NCBI GenBank assembly: GCA_964404275.1
Contig: CAYOJH010000005.1
Coordinates: 4,471 to 68,470 of the forward strand
Source of the DNA: an uncultured Gammaproteobacteria bacterium
Lineage (GTDB): Bacteria; Patescibacteriota; Patescibacteriia; SG8-24; DYFX01
DNA length: 64,000 nt
Direction of reading: 5' to 3'
In this document: positions 45,530 through 54,277 of the stretch, in pieces
Layout of the letters: each line of letters starts with the position of its first letter
Position numbering within the stretch: the first letter of the stretch is position 1
Program-made: the position numbers and the translations under genes
Notes under the pieces: model-generated
What the model saw: only the letters and a program-made list of their open reading frames with translations
Database searches by the model: none
Told to the model about the DNA's origin: nothing

Positions 45530-46203
45530 CGCCCGGGCGCATGGACGCATGGTATGATCAACGCGCTATGACGTTCGAAGGCTTTTCCCCCGCCGATCTC
45601 CGCCTTTTCCGCCGCTTGGACGCGCCGGCGAAAGTGCAGGATTTCGTGAACGCGATTCCGATCAACCGCGAGCCCGAAGGCGACACGGTCCTCTCCCCGC
45701 TCCGCGTGCTGCGGGAGAAGCGCGCGCATTGCGTCGAAGGCGCCATGCTGGCGGCCGCGATCTTCCGCTACCACGGCGAGAAACCCTTGATCGTCGACAT
45801 GGAAGCCGCGCCCTGGGATCAGGATCACGTGATCGCGGTCTTCAAGCGCCATGGCCACTGGGGCGCGATCTCGAAGACGAATCATCCCGTGCTGCGCTAT
45901 CGTGAGCCGGTCTATCGCACGATCCGCGAGCTGATCATGTCCTATTTTCACGAATACACGCCCGTCGGCGGCGAGAAGAAGACGCTGCGCGCCTATTCCC
46001 TGCCCGTCGATCTTTCGCGTTTTGATCGCGTCGGCTGGATGACGTCCGCCGAAAACGTTTGGGATGTCCCCTATTATCTTTGCGAAGTCAAGCACTATTC
46101 GATCCTGTCGCGCGCGCAGCTCGGATCGCTGCGAGAGCTCGATCCGATCGAGATCGAGACCAGCTCCCGCGAGGAGTGGCCCGCGAAAAAACGGGGCGAA
46201 TAA
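45523..46203 (+). CDS. Hypothetical protein with conserved Cys/His (possible papain/transglutaminase-like fold); start uncertain
   Basis: RAHCVEGAMLAAAIFRY ... DQDHVIAVFKRHGHWGAIS pattern; first ATG overlaps cspA promoter so true start may be 45541 or 45568. Confidence 0.45.
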   Translation: MSTPGRMDAWYDQRAMTFEGFSPADLRLFRRLDAPAKVQDFVNAIPINREPEGDTVLSPLRVLREKRAHCVEGAMLAAAIFRYHGEKPLIVDMEAAPWDQDHVIAVFKRHGHWGAISKTNHPVLRYREPVYRTIRELIMSYFHEYTPVGGEKKTLRAYSLPVDLSRFDRVGWMTSAENVWDVPYYLCEVKHYSILSRAQLGSLRELDPIEIETSSREEWPAKKRGE

Positions 46204-46265
46204 TCGCCCCTTCGATACTTGACAACCCGCAGCGGGTGTGATGATCTCTTGCCCGGAGGTGTCCC

Positions 46266-46589
46266 ATGGCTGTGGAACGAGTGATAGGCAAACTCGCGCA
46301 TTACGATGGAAGAACGGGCAAGAGATTGAGAGAGGACGGCGAATACGCCATCGCCATCGTGCTCAGCCGAAGACCGATCCCGGCCATCTACAAGTGTGCA
46401 CCGACGCTCAGCAGGCTGCTCAAGGAGATCAAGGAGAGCCCCGACGCCCCCCTTTTCATGAACGCCGACGCGGCGTCGTTGGATCCGGATGGCCTCGCTT
46501 GGAGCGACAAGGAAAAGAAGTCCTGCTACGAATTGAAGGCGCTCGCTCCGTCCGAACAGGAGCAAGTCCTTGCCGAGCTCAATCGCTAG
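46266..46589 (+). CDS. Small hypothetical protein (107 aa)
   Basis: Protein-like composition; no motif. Confidence 0.4.
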   Translation: MAVERVIGKLAHYDGRTGKRLREDGEYAIAIVLSRRPIPAIYKCAPTLSRLLKEIKESPDAPLFMNADAASLDPDGLAWSDKEKKSCYELKALAPSEQEQVLAELNR

Positions 46590-46640
46590 CTTCATCGACG
46601 TCCTCAGCGGAGACGCGCCCACGGGCGCGTCATTTGTTTT

Positions 46641-47201
46641 TCATTTTTTCGCCGGGATTCCGCAGACCTGCGGCTCCGCGATCTTTTTCGCCAAGCTGAA
46701 GGTCGAAAGCAGCACGAGGAAAATTCCGAGCCACGAGAATTCGCGTCCGTGGAACGGGAGCGCCGACAGAACGCCGAGGGTCGCGCCGACGCCGAGCAGG
46801 CTGGCGAGCACGGCGGATCCGCAGGCGGCGCAGCCGATGCCGAGAATGCCGACCAGGATGCCGAGGAGGCTGGCGCCTGCGGCTTGATGCAGCTGCGCTT
46901 GCCGGCGCACGTAGCGCTCGATCAGCGCGACGTTCAGGCCGAACGCGAGCGCCAGCGCGTACGTCGTCCAAGCATGCTCGTGCAGCGCCAGGCGCCCGCC
47001 CCAGATCGTTTCGAGCGATGAGCGGACTTTCAGGGCCGCGCTGAATTGGTCGTCGCGGAAGATGAATTGCAGCAAGTTCCAGCTCGAAAACGTCATGGCG
47101 ATCACGAGCACCAAGAAAAAACCCGCGGCGGCGGCGAGCCAGCCTTCGGGACGCGAAAACGCTTCCTTGAAAGCGATCCTGAGATGTTCGAGGATTTTCA
47201 T
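46641..47201 (-). CDS. Membrane protein, hypothetical (186 aa)
   Basis: Four hydrophobic helices incl. LLGILVGILGIGCAACGSAVLASLLGVGATLGVLSALPF; internal Met start. Confidence 0.5.
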   Translation of the reverse strand: MKILEHLRIAFKEAFSRPEGWLAAAAGFFLVLVIAMTFSSWNLLQFIFRDDQFSAALKVRSSLETIWGGRLALHEHAWTTYALALAFGLNVALIERYVRRQAQLHQAAGASLLGILVGILGIGCAACGSAVLASLLGVGATLGVLSALPFHGREFSWLGIFLVLLSTFSLAKKIAEPQVCGIPAKK

Positions 47202-47255
47202 GCGTTTTGACGGCTTCTGCTTCGCATGATAGCGTCGCCATCGGGAGGAAGCAAC

Positions 47256-47708
47256 GTGTTCAAACCTCAACAGCATGTCGTCGACGCCTACCATCGCCTG
47301 ATCAGTTGCGTCTACGCCCAGCTTCTGCGCCTGTCTTGGAAGCGCGAAACGTCCGATCCGATCCACACGCACGACGGTTGGACGCCGGACAAGCCGGAAT
47401 GCGGCCAGAGCGCGGTGACCGCGTTGCTCGTGCAGGAACGGCTCGGCGGCGAGATCCTGATGATGACCGCCAACAACGGACGCCGGCACTTCTACAACCG
47501 GCTGGCCAACGGCTATCTCCTGGACTTCGTCCTGCCGCTCTCCGAGCAGACGCCGCATCCGCACAGCGCGCCGATCAGCCGCGAAGCCCTGCTCCGCTCC
47601 GAGCTCCACGTGGAATCGCGATTCGACTATCTGAAGGATCGCTTCAACCACGCCGAGGAAGTCCTCAAGAGCTATCGCGAATCGCTCAGAACGCAAACCC
47701 CGACCTAA
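47256..47708 (+). CDS. Hypothetical protein (about 150 aa)
   Basis: GTG start preceded by GGGAGGA RBS (7-nt spacing); conserved-looking ECGQSAVTALLVQERLGGEIL...RRHFYNRLANGYLLDFVL. Confidence 0.45.
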   Translation: MFKPQQHVVDAYHRLISCVYAQLLRLSWKRETSDPIHTHDGWTPDKPECGQSAVTALLVQERLGGEILMMTANNGRRHFYNRLANGYLLDFVLPLSEQTPHPHSAPISREALLRSELHVESRFDYLKDRFNHAEEVLKSYRESLRTQTPT

Positions 47709-47734
47709 GAGGCCGGGGCTTTTTATCGACGCGT

Positions 47735-48025
47735 TCAAACGCCGAGGATCGCGCGAAGCTCTTCGGACGGTTCCCAGGGCGGATCGAAGGTGACCTCGAT
47801 GTCGACGACGCGCAGGCCGAGCATGAGCAGGCTCTGTTTCAATTCGCCGAGCAGCTGCGGGCCGTACGGGCAGAGCGGCGTGGTGAAAGTCATGCGGACG
47901 TTCACCTGCTCTTCGTCTTCGGACAATTCGAAACCGTAGATCAAGCCGAGCGTCCAGATGTCGATATGGAGTTCCGGATCCTGCGTGTGCTTGAAGACTT
48001 CCGTGATTTTTTCTTTCATCGTCAT
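47735..48025 (-). CDS. sufT: DUF59/MIP18-family Fe-S assembly protein (SufT-like)
   Basis: VNVRMTFTTPLCPYGPQLLGELKQSL motif with conserved Cys; adjacent to sufC. Confidence 0.8.
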   Translation of the reverse strand: MTMKEKITEVFKHTQDPELHIDIWTLGLIYGFELSEDEEQVNVRMTFTTPLCPYGPQLLGELKQSLLMLGLRVVDIEVTFDPPWEPSEELRAILGV

Positions 48026-48026
48026 A

Positions 48027-48764
48027 TCAGCGGGTAAGAGACTCGTAGCCTTCCGTGCCGATCCGTTCCGCCAGCTCGTGACCGCCTTCCGCGACGATCA
48101 TCCCGTCTTTCATCACATGCACGACGTCGGGCTTCAGCGCTTCGAGCAATTTCGGATTGTGGCTGATGACCAGGATGCCGATCTTCGGGCCGCGCAGCTT
48201 GGAGAGCCCGTCCGTCACGATCTTGAGCGCGTCGACGTCGAGGCCGGAATCGGTTTCGTCGAGCACCGCGTAAGCGGGATCGAGCACCGCGAGCTGCAGG
48301 ACTTCCGCGCGTTTCTTTTCTCCGCCCGAGAAGCCCGTGTTCAGATGGCGTCGCGCGAAGGTCGGATCGATCTTCAAATCTTCCATGCGCGCCTGAAGCA
48401 GCGCGTGGAACTCAAGCACCGAAAGCGGCGCAGTTTTCACGGCGTTGAAGGCGGTGCGCAGGAAGCTCGAAAGCGTCACGCCGGGAATTTCCGGCGTCGA
48501 CTGCATCGAGAGGAACAGTCCCGCTTTGGCGCGCTCATGCGGCGCAGCCCCGGTGATGTCCTGGCCGTCGAGCAGGATCTTGCCGTCCGTAACTTCGTAC
48601 TTCGGATGGCCGGCCAGCGCGTTGGCGAACGTCGATTTGCCGGAGCCGTTCGGTCCCATCAGCGCGTGCACCTCGCCCTTCTTCACTTCAATCGAAACGC
48701 CTTTGACGATCTCTTGGCCGTCGCGCGCGACTTTCAAATTTTCGATCTTGAGGGATTGATTCAT
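48027..48764 (-). CDS. sufC: Fe-S cluster assembly ATPase SufC
   Basis: Walker A GPNGSGKST, ABC signature FSGGEKKR, Walker B VLDETDSGLD, H-loop ISHN. Confidence 0.9.
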   Translation of the reverse strand: MNQSLKIENLKVARDGQEIVKGVSIEVKKGEVHALMGPNGSGKSTFANALAGHPKYEVTDGKILLDGQDITGAAPHERAKAGLFLSMQSTPEIPGVTLSSFLRTAFNAVKTAPLSVLEFHALLQARMEDLKIDPTFARRHLNTGFSGGEKKRAEVLQLAVLDPAYAVLDETDSGLDVDALKIVTDGLSKLRGPKIGILVISHNPKLLEALKPDVVHVMKDGMIVAEGGHELAERIGTEGYESLTR

Positions 48765-48770
48765 ATTTTT

Positions 48771-48806
48771 TGTCATCCTGAACGAAGTGAGGGATCTGTA
48801 TGACAT
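48771..48806. repeat. REP-like hairpin element (diverged single unit) between sufU and sufC
   Basis: TGTCATCCTGAACGAAGTGAGGGATCTGTATGACATG related to GTCATCCCTGCGAAAGCAGGGAT units elsewhere; overlaps last codons of sufU ORF. Confidence 0.6.
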
Positions 48807-49165
48807 GCGAGAGCAGACTTGAGCGTTCGGAGCGAGAGCATCGCGCACTTCAACCGCATCGGACCGACGTCGATACCGAGCATCTTGAGGATGTCCGTTT
48901 CGGAAAGTCGTTCCGCTTCTTCCACCGTCATGCCTTTCAGCGCGTCGGTCAGCATCGAGACGGAGGCCTGGCTGACGGCGCAGCCCGTGCCGTCGAACTT
49001 CACGGCCTCGATCTTCCCATGCGCGTCGGTTTGGAGAAAGAGCTCGATCACGTCGCCGCAGCTCGGATTGAGTTCCCGCGCGTGAAGCTGCGCAGCTTCA
49101 AGCCGACCCGCGTTGTGCGGGTGCTTGTAGTGGTCGAGGATGTTTTCCATGTAGAGTTCTTCCAT
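48773..49165 (-). CDS. sufU: SufU-type (NifU/IscU-like) Fe-S scaffold / sulfur acceptor
   Basis: LYMENILDHYKHPHNAG...NPSCGD...GTGCAVSQAS...LKCAMLS conserved Cys ligands; start at MEELY (49165); track N-extension is REP translation. Confidence 0.85.
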   Translation of the reverse strand: MEELYMENILDHYKHPHNAGRLEAAQLHARELNPSCGDVIELFLQTDAHGKIEAVKFDGTGCAVSQASVSMLTDALKGMTVEEAERLSETDILKMLGIDVGPMRLKCAMLSLRTLKSALACHTDPSLRSG

Positions 49166-49175
49166 AGCGTTCTTT

Positions 49176-49243
49176 GTCATTCCAGCGAAAGCTGGAATCC
49201 AGTCCATTAGCGTACTGGATCCCTGCGTTCGCAGGGATGACAT
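49176..49243. repeat. REP-like hairpin doublet (two GNRA-loop hairpins in inverted orientation) in sufS-sufU intergenic region
   Basis: GTCATTCCAGC-GAAA-GCTGGAATCCAG + 12 nt + CTGGATCCCTGCG-TTC-GCAGGGATGAC. Confidence 0.75.
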
Positions 49244-49250
49244 CATCAGT

Positions 49251-50498
49251 TCAAAGCTTCAAAACTTTTTTAGCTTTCACAATCGCGGCGACGAGCGTGT
49301 CGACGTCTTCTTTTCCGTTGTAGACGCCGAAGCTCGCACGGCAGGTGCCGGTGAGACCGAGCCTGTTCATGAGCGGCATCGCGCAGTGATGTCCGCCGCG
49401 CACGGCCACGCCTTCGCGATCGAGCAGCGTGGCCAGATCGTGCGGATGCGCGCCGGCGACTTCGAAGGAAATGACGCCAATCCTTGCCTGACGCAAAAAC
49501 TGACGGCCGTCGGTTTTTGCGTCAGCGCCCCGAGGACCGATCAGGCGGAGCCCGGACACTGCCGAAAACTTTTCCAGCGCGTAGGCCGTGAGCTCGCAAT
49601 CATGCGTTTCGATCGCGTCCATGCCGATCGCATTGAGATAGCCGATCGCCGCGCCGAGACCGATCACGCCGGCGATGTTCGGCGTCCCCGCTTCGAATTT
49701 CATCGGAGCGTCATTCCAGGTCGAGGCTTCGTATTTCACTTCGCGAATCATGTCGCCGCCGTACTGCGCGGGCTCCATCTTTTCCAAGAGCGCTTTCTTG
49801 CCGTAGAGCACGCCGACGCCGGTCGGACCGTACGCTTTATGCGCGGAAAAGGTCAGGAAATCGCAATCGAGATCGCGCACGTTCACTTTCATATGCGGCA
49901 CGGACTGCGCGGCGTCCAGAATGAAGATCGCGCCGACGGCGTGCGCGAGCGCGGCGAGCTCCTTGGCCGGAGTGATCGTGCCGAGCACGTTCGACGCATG
50001 GACGATCGATACCGCCTTCGTCTTCGAGGTGATGAGCGCGCGCGCCGCGTCCATGTCGAGGAGATATTCGCTCGTGAGCGGAATGAATTTCAGCGCGAAT
50101 CCGTGGCGTTTGGCGGCTTCTTGCCACGGCACCAGGTTGGCGTGATGTTCCATCTCGGTCAGCACGACTTCGTCGCCGGGACCGAACGTACGGCCAAGCG
50201 AGGACGCGAGGAGATTCAGCGCTTCCGTCGTGCCTTTGGTGAAAACGATTTCTTCCGGCGCGGCGGCATTCAAAAATTTCGCGACGATGCCGCGCACGGC
50301 CTCGTAGCGTTCGGTCGCCTCCCCCGCCGTCTTGTACATGCCGCGATGCACGTTGGCGCGGAAATTTTTGTAGTACGCGTTCATCGCCTCGATGACCGAG
50401 ACTGGCGTGAGCGACGAAGCGGCCGAATCCAAGTAGGCTCGCGTGCCCATGGCATGGAGCGAAGGAAAATCCTTTTGGATGTCCTGAGGCATTTTCAT
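49251..50498 (-). CDS. sufS: Cysteine desulfurase SufS (class II aminotransferase V)
   Basis: PLP lysine SAHKAYGPTGVGVLYG, active-site RGGHHCAMPL; contains in-frame 38-nt palindromic insertion. Confidence 0.9.
   Translation of the reverse strand: MKMPQDIQKDFPSLHAMGTRAYLDSAASSLTPVSVIEAMNAYYKNFRANVHRGMYKTAGEATERYEAVRGIVAKFLNAAAPEEIVFTKGTTEALNLLASSLGRTFGPGDEVVLTEMEHHANLVPWQEAAKRHGFALKFIPLTSEYLLDMDAARALITSKTKAVSIVHASNVLGTITPAKELAALAHAVGAIFILDAAQSVPHMKVNVRDLDCDFLTFSAHKAYGPTGVGVLYGKKALLEKMEPAQYGGDMIREVKYEASTWNDAPMKFEAGTPNIAGVIGLGAAIGYLNAIGMDAIETHDCELTAYALEKFSAVSGLRLIGPRGADAKTDGRQFLRQARIGVISFEVAGAHPHDLATLLDREGVAVRGGHHCAMPLMNRLGLTGTCRASFGVYNGKEDVDTLVAAIVKAKKVLKL
49488..49525. repeat. 38-nt near-perfect palindrome inside sufS coding sequence
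   Basis: CTGACGCAAAAAC-TGACGGCCGTCG-GTTTTTGCGTCAG: 13-bp perfect arms around self-complementary core; encodes extra loop (ADAKTDGRQFLRQ) between conserved GP and GVISF. Confidence 0.8.
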
Positions 50499-50499
50499 A

Positions 50500-51330
50500 T
50501 CAAGAAAGCTTGGAGAGATACGGCTCGACGAACGCTTCGATCAGGATCGCTTCGGCAGATGCGCGATCGAGGCCGCGCGACATAAGATAAAACAATTTCT
50601 CGGCATCGAGGCGTCCAACCGTGGCGGCGTGCGAGCAGCGCACGTCCTGGTTCTCGATTTCGAGCATCGGCACCGCGTCGATTTCGGACGCGTCGGAGAG
50701 CAGTAGCGTTTCCTCTTTCTGGCGGCTGATGCAGCCTGGAGCATTCTTCTCGACCCGCACGAGACCGCGAACGATCGCCTTGGCATCGCCCGAAAGCACG
50801 CTGCCGACGCGCAGGCTGGAGACCGTGCGCGGGGCGAGATGGAAGATTTCGTGCTTCATGTCGAAGCGCTGGCGATTCGTGCCGCGGAGCAAACTCGTCG
50901 CTTCGACTTCGGCGCCTTCGCCCTCAAGACGCGTCACGAACAACGCGCGCGCGAAATTCGGAACGGAGCATTCGTCGATCCATTCCAGTTTCGCGTTCTT
51001 GGCGAGACGCGCTTCGCGTCGCACGAACTCGACGTCGGCTTTCGCCCTCGTCACGTACGTGACCCGCGCGCCTTCGCCGATTTCCAAATCGATGGACATT
51101 TCGCGCGCGCCTTCCGACGTTTCAACCAAGCGAACCTGCGCGCGCGCACCGATGGTCATTGCCACATCCGTCGCGCCTGAGGGGATTTCAATCGCCACCG
51201 TGCCGGCCTCCTGGCCGTCCGAAATCGTGTACGTCAATTTTTTGCGGGCGCGGAAAATTGCCCGGTCGAAACCTTCCGGGGATTCGGGCATGAAGATGCC
51301 GATGCCGTATTTGAGAAGTTTGGTCGCCAT
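50500..51330 (-). CDS. sufD: SufD-like Fe-S assembly protein (short form)
   Basis: C-terminal SufB/SufD beta-helix region (VRCSHAATVGRLDAEKLFYLMSRGL...AILIEAFVEP); between sufB and sufS. Confidence 0.75.
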   Translation of the reverse strand: MATKLLKYGIGIFMPESPEGFDRAIFRARKKLTYTISDGQEAGTVAIEIPSGATDVAMTIGARAQVRLVETSEGAREMSIDLEIGEGARVTYVTRAKADVEFVRREARLAKNAKLEWIDECSVPNFARALFVTRLEGEGAEVEATSLLRGTNRQRFDMKHEIFHLAPRTVSSLRVGSVLSGDAKAIVRGLVRVEKNAPGCISRQKEETLLLSDASEIDAVPMLEIENQDVRCSHAATVGRLDAEKLFYLMSRGLDRASAEAILIEAFVEPYLSKLS

Positions 51331-51331
51331 A

Positions 51332-52720
51332 TCAGCCGACGGAACCTTCCATTTCGAGTTCGATGAGCTTGTTGAGCTCGACCGCGTATTCGAGCGGCAG
51401 CGACCGCACGATCGGTTCGACGAAGCCGCTCACGATCATGCGCATGGCCGCTTCGTGCGAGAGGCCGCGCGACATGAGATAGAACAGTTCTTCTTCGCCG
51501 ATCTTGCCGACGTTCGCTTCATGCGCGACGTCGATCTTGTCGGTTGTCACCTTCATGAACGGATACGTATTCGAAACCGAGCCTTCGTCGATCAGAAGCG
51601 CATCGCAGGCCACGCTCGACTTCGAGCCTTCGGCCGCGGGCGTCGCGCTGACGTAGCCGCGATACGAAGAGATGCCGCCGCCTTTCGAGATGCTCTTGGC
51701 GCGGATCGTGCTCGTGGTGTTGGGCGCGGCGTGAATCACTTTCGAGCCCGTGTCCTGATTCTGACCGGGACCGGCGAACGCGACGCCGAGCGCGTGCGAC
51801 TGCGAACCTTCGCCGCGCAAAATCGAGCAGGGATAGAGCATCGTGACGCCCGAACCCATGTTGCCGTTGACCCATTCGACGACGCCGTTCTTGTCGACGA
51901 CGGCGCGCTTGGTGTTCAGGTTATACGTGTTTTTGCTCCAGTTCTCGACGCTCGAATAGCGGATGCGCGCACCTTCGTGTACGTGCAGCTCAACGCAGCC
52001 TGCGTGGATCGAGCTCGCGTTGTAGCGCGGCGCGGAGCAGCCTTCGATGTACTGCACCTCTGACCCTGCGTCGGCGATGATCAGCGTGTGCTCGAACTGG
52101 CCGCCGCGTTCGGCGTTCATGCGGAAGTAGGCTTGCAGCGGAACGTTGACCTTCACGCCTTTCGGCACGTAGATGAAAGTGCCGCCGCTCCAGACCGCGG
52201 CGTGCAGCATGATGAACTTGTGGTCGTGCGGCGGGATGCAATCCGTCATGAAGTATTTCTTCACGAGTTCCGGATATTTCTGCACCGCGACATCCATGTT
52301 CTCGAAGATCACGCCTTTCTCTTCCCATTCTTTTTTCAAATTGTGATACACGACTTCGGAGTCGTACTGCGCGCCGACGCCCGAAAGCGCGTGGCGTTCC
52401 GCTTCCGGGATACCAAGCTTCTCGAACGTCTCGCGGATCTTGTCCGGCACCGTGGCCCACGATTGCGATTCTTCCGCATCGGGGCGCACGAAATACGTGA
52501 TCTGTTCGAGATCGAGTTTCGACAGATCCGGTCCCCAACTCGGCATCGGCGTGCGCTTGAACATCTCGAAGGACTTGAGACGCAGGTTCAACATCCAATC
52601 TGGTTCGTTCTTCGACGCTGAAATTTCCCGGACGACGTCCTCCGTCAGTCCGAGTCCGGCCGCGTGACGGGTCACGCCCGTCGCCGCTTTGTCGTAGACG
52701 TCGCGGAATTGATCAGCCAT
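51332..52720 (-). CDS. sufB: Fe-S cluster assembly protein SufB
   Basis: Full-length SufB similarity incl. conserved C-terminal GKIGEEELFYLMSRGLSHEEA. Confidence 0.9.
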   Translation of the reverse strand: MADQFRDVYDKAATGVTRHAAGLGLTEDVVREISASKNEPDWMLNLRLKSFEMFKRTPMPSWGPDLSKLDLEQITYFVRPDAEESQSWATVPDKIRETFEKLGIPEAERHALSGVGAQYDSEVVYHNLKKEWEEKGVIFENMDVAVQKYPELVKKYFMTDCIPPHDHKFIMLHAAVWSGGTFIYVPKGVKVNVPLQAYFRMNAERGGQFEHTLIIADAGSEVQYIEGCSAPRYNASSIHAGCVELHVHEGARIRYSSVENWSKNTYNLNTKRAVVDKNGVVEWVNGNMGSGVTMLYPCSILRGEGSQSHALGVAFAGPGQNQDTGSKVIHAAPNTTSTIRAKSISKGGGISSYRGYVSATPAAEGSKSSVACDALLIDEGSVSNTYPFMKVTTDKIDVAHEANVGKIGEEELFYLMSRGLSHEAAMRMIVSGFVEPIVRSLPLEYAVELNKLIELEMEGSVG

Positions 52721-52721
52721 A

Positions 52722-53114
52722 TCATTTTGCTACGTCGGCGATCGTGGTGTTCATCAACGTCGCCATGACCTGGCCCTGCACTTTGGTGAGGATGCCGGCG
52801 TCATGATGATGCGCGACCGCCGTACACGCTTCGCGCTCCATCGGTCCTTCGACCGCCTGCATGACTTCGGCAACCGTCAGCGTCTTCGGATCGCGCACCA
52901 AACGATACCCGCCCGCCGCGCCGCGCACGCCCTCGATGATCTTTCCGCGGCGTAAGTCGGCCGCGACTTCTTCCAAGAACTTGCGCGACTCCCCGCTCTT
53001 CTTGGCCACTTCCTCAATCGAAAGCGGACCAGCATCCTGAGAACGCTGGGCGAGCTCCGAAACGAGGTACAGGCCCAACTGGGCCTTGCGAGTGACTTTG
53101 AGGAGGGAGTGCAT
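52722..53114 (-). CDS. Rrf2-family transcriptional regulator (likely suf operon regulator)
   Basis: N-terminal wHTH (LYLVSELAQRSQDAGPLSIEEVAKKSGESRKFLEEV) typical of Rrf2/IscR; first gene of suf cluster. Confidence 0.75.
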   Translation of the reverse strand: MHSLLKVTRKAQLGLYLVSELAQRSQDAGPLSIEEVAKKSGESRKFLEEVAADLRRGKIIEGVRGAAGGYRLVRDPKTLTVAEVMQAVEGPMEREACTAVAHHHDAGILTKVQGQVMATLMNTTIADVAK

Positions 53115-53188
53115 GACATCATGTCATCCCTGCGAAAGCAGGGATCCAGTACCTTAATGAACTGGATTCCAGCTTTCGCTGGAATGAC
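53113..53188. repeat. REP-like hairpin doublet (inverted copy of 49176-49243) spanning rrf2 start codon and 5' leader
   Basis: ATGACATCATGTCAT palindrome then GTCATCCCTGCGAAAGCAGGGATCCAG + 12 nt + CTGGATTCCAGCTTTCGCTGGAATGAC; ~94% identical to reverse complement of 49176-49243. Confidence 0.75.
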
Positions 53189-53218
53189 AAAGCTTAATTC
53201 CTAGTGTCTTACTGGGAA

Positions 53219-53247
53219 TTAATATCATGCCAATAGAATAAGGTCAA
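53219..53247 (-). promoter_or_regulatory. Sigma-70-type promoter TTGACC-N17-TATTAA for rrf2-suf operon
   Basis: Minus strand TTGACCttattctattggcatgaTATTAA about 100 nt upstream of rrf2 ATG, upstream of REP doublet. Confidence 0.55.
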
Positions 53248-53263
53248 GGGACTCATTTGCCAC

Positions 53264-53292
53264 TTGACAAAACCGCATTTTTATGCTATATT
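53264..53292 (+). promoter_or_regulatory. Sigma-70-type promoter TTGACA-N17-TATATT (divergent from suf promoter)
   Basis: cTTGACAaaaccgcatttttatgcTATATTt; ~100 nt upstream of ATG 53392. Confidence 0.55.
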
Positions 53293-53391
53293 TAGGCGTT
53301 CGAAAATCCTGATCGTTATGGTCAGGTCAGCCGCAAGGCTCAGGGGTTGTCTCTGCCCTATCAGAGATCGTTCGTTCGAAAGGAGGCCGTT

Positions 53392-53703
53392 ATGGCCGAT
53401 ACGAAGGAAGTCAAGGTCAAGATCACCGATGGTCCGCCCAGGGACGCATTCATCGCCGCGCTATTCTTCCATTCAGAGAAGACGCCTTTCCAGGTGACCT
53501 TCACTCTCGAACCGACGGAGGACGAGCCCGACGGTTGCGGCATCAACAACTATTGGCGCCCGCAGGTCGTCATCACTGGCGCCGACCGTGAGCTCGGCTG
53601 CGAACATGGCTGGAACTTCAGAGGCCGCATCTGGCATACGGGTCGCGAATTCACCTGCAACTACGACACCAGAAGCCGCACCGGATATTTCATCACCAAG
53701 TAA
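53392..53703 (+). CDS. Small hypothetical protein (103 aa) with conserved Cys/His/Trp
   Basis: AGGAGG RBS 5 nt upstream of ATG; own promoter and terminator. Confidence 0.5.
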   Translation: MADTKEVKVKITDGPPRDAFIAALFFHSEKTPFQVTFTLEPTEDEPDGCGINNYWRPQVVITGADRELGCEHGWNFRGRIWHTGREFTCNYDTRSRTGYFITK

Positions 53704-53717
53704 AGCACCCGCACGAA

Positions 53718-53755
53718 GAGCACCCCTCGCTCTCGCGACGGGTGCTCTTTGTTTC
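53718..53755 (+). terminator. Rho-independent terminator
   Basis: GAGCACCCctcgctctcgcgacGGGTGCTC followed by TTTGTTTCTCTT. Confidence 0.65.
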
Positions 53756-53757
53756 TC

Positions 53758-53786
53758 TTGACAGGTGCGAACATTTTCATTACGTT
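53758..53786 (+). promoter_or_regulatory. Sigma-70-type promoter TTGACA-N17-TACGTT
   Basis: Immediately after terminator; 26 nt upstream of ATG 53813 with CAGGAAGG RBS. Confidence 0.55.
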
Positions 53787-53812
53787 CTTGCCACCCCACA
53801 GGAAGGTCTTTC

Positions 53813-54277
53813 ATGCACGCGACGTTCACGAAAATCACTGATGCCACCCAGAATTTCCGCCGGCTCGAACAGATGGTCAAGGAAGGCGGCGTGAAGCTGC
53901 GCACCAAGAAGGGCCAGCCGTGGTACGAATGCTACCGCGATGCGACCTCGCGGAAGGCGCGGCTCATGATCACCTGCCAGGTCGACGGCGCCTTCGATCC
54001 GAAGGATCCGAACCAGTGGCACGCCTTCACGGGCTTTGCCTTCGGAGGGACGCCGCGCAGCGACAGCGCGTTCATCGATGTCGTCTGGGAGGAGAAGACG
54101 GGGTGGACGGTCCACTGCAACATCGACGATCGCCACGACAAGACGATCCCCGAATGGATGCGGCCGCTCGTCAAGAAGCACGGGCTCAAGACGAAGCCGA
54201 CCCGTTGCAGCGCGGAGAAGGCCATCAGCGTCATGACAGGCTGCCTCGCGCTCTATCGCGAGCTCGCTGTGGCCTGA
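53813..54277 (+). CDS. Hypothetical protein (154 aa), Cys/Trp-containing
   Basis: RBS CAGGAAGG; stop overlaps udk start (TGATG). Confidence 0.5.
   Translation: MHATFTKITDATQNFRRLEQMVKEGGVKLRTKKGQPWYECYRDATSRKARLMITCQVDGAFDPKDPNQWHAFTGFAFGGTPRSDSAFIDVVWEEKTGWTVHCNIDDRHDKTIPEWMRPLVKKHGLKTKPTRCSAEKAISVMTGCLALYRELAVA

Noticed and set aside
49166-49246. N-terminal extension of SufU ORF (MMSSLRTQGSSTLMDWIPAFAGMTKNA) and N-terminal extension of SufC ORF
   Set aside because: The sequence is the translation of the REP hairpin doublet (the IPAFAGMT-type peptide is a classic REP artifact). SufU alignment starts at MEELYMENILDHY.
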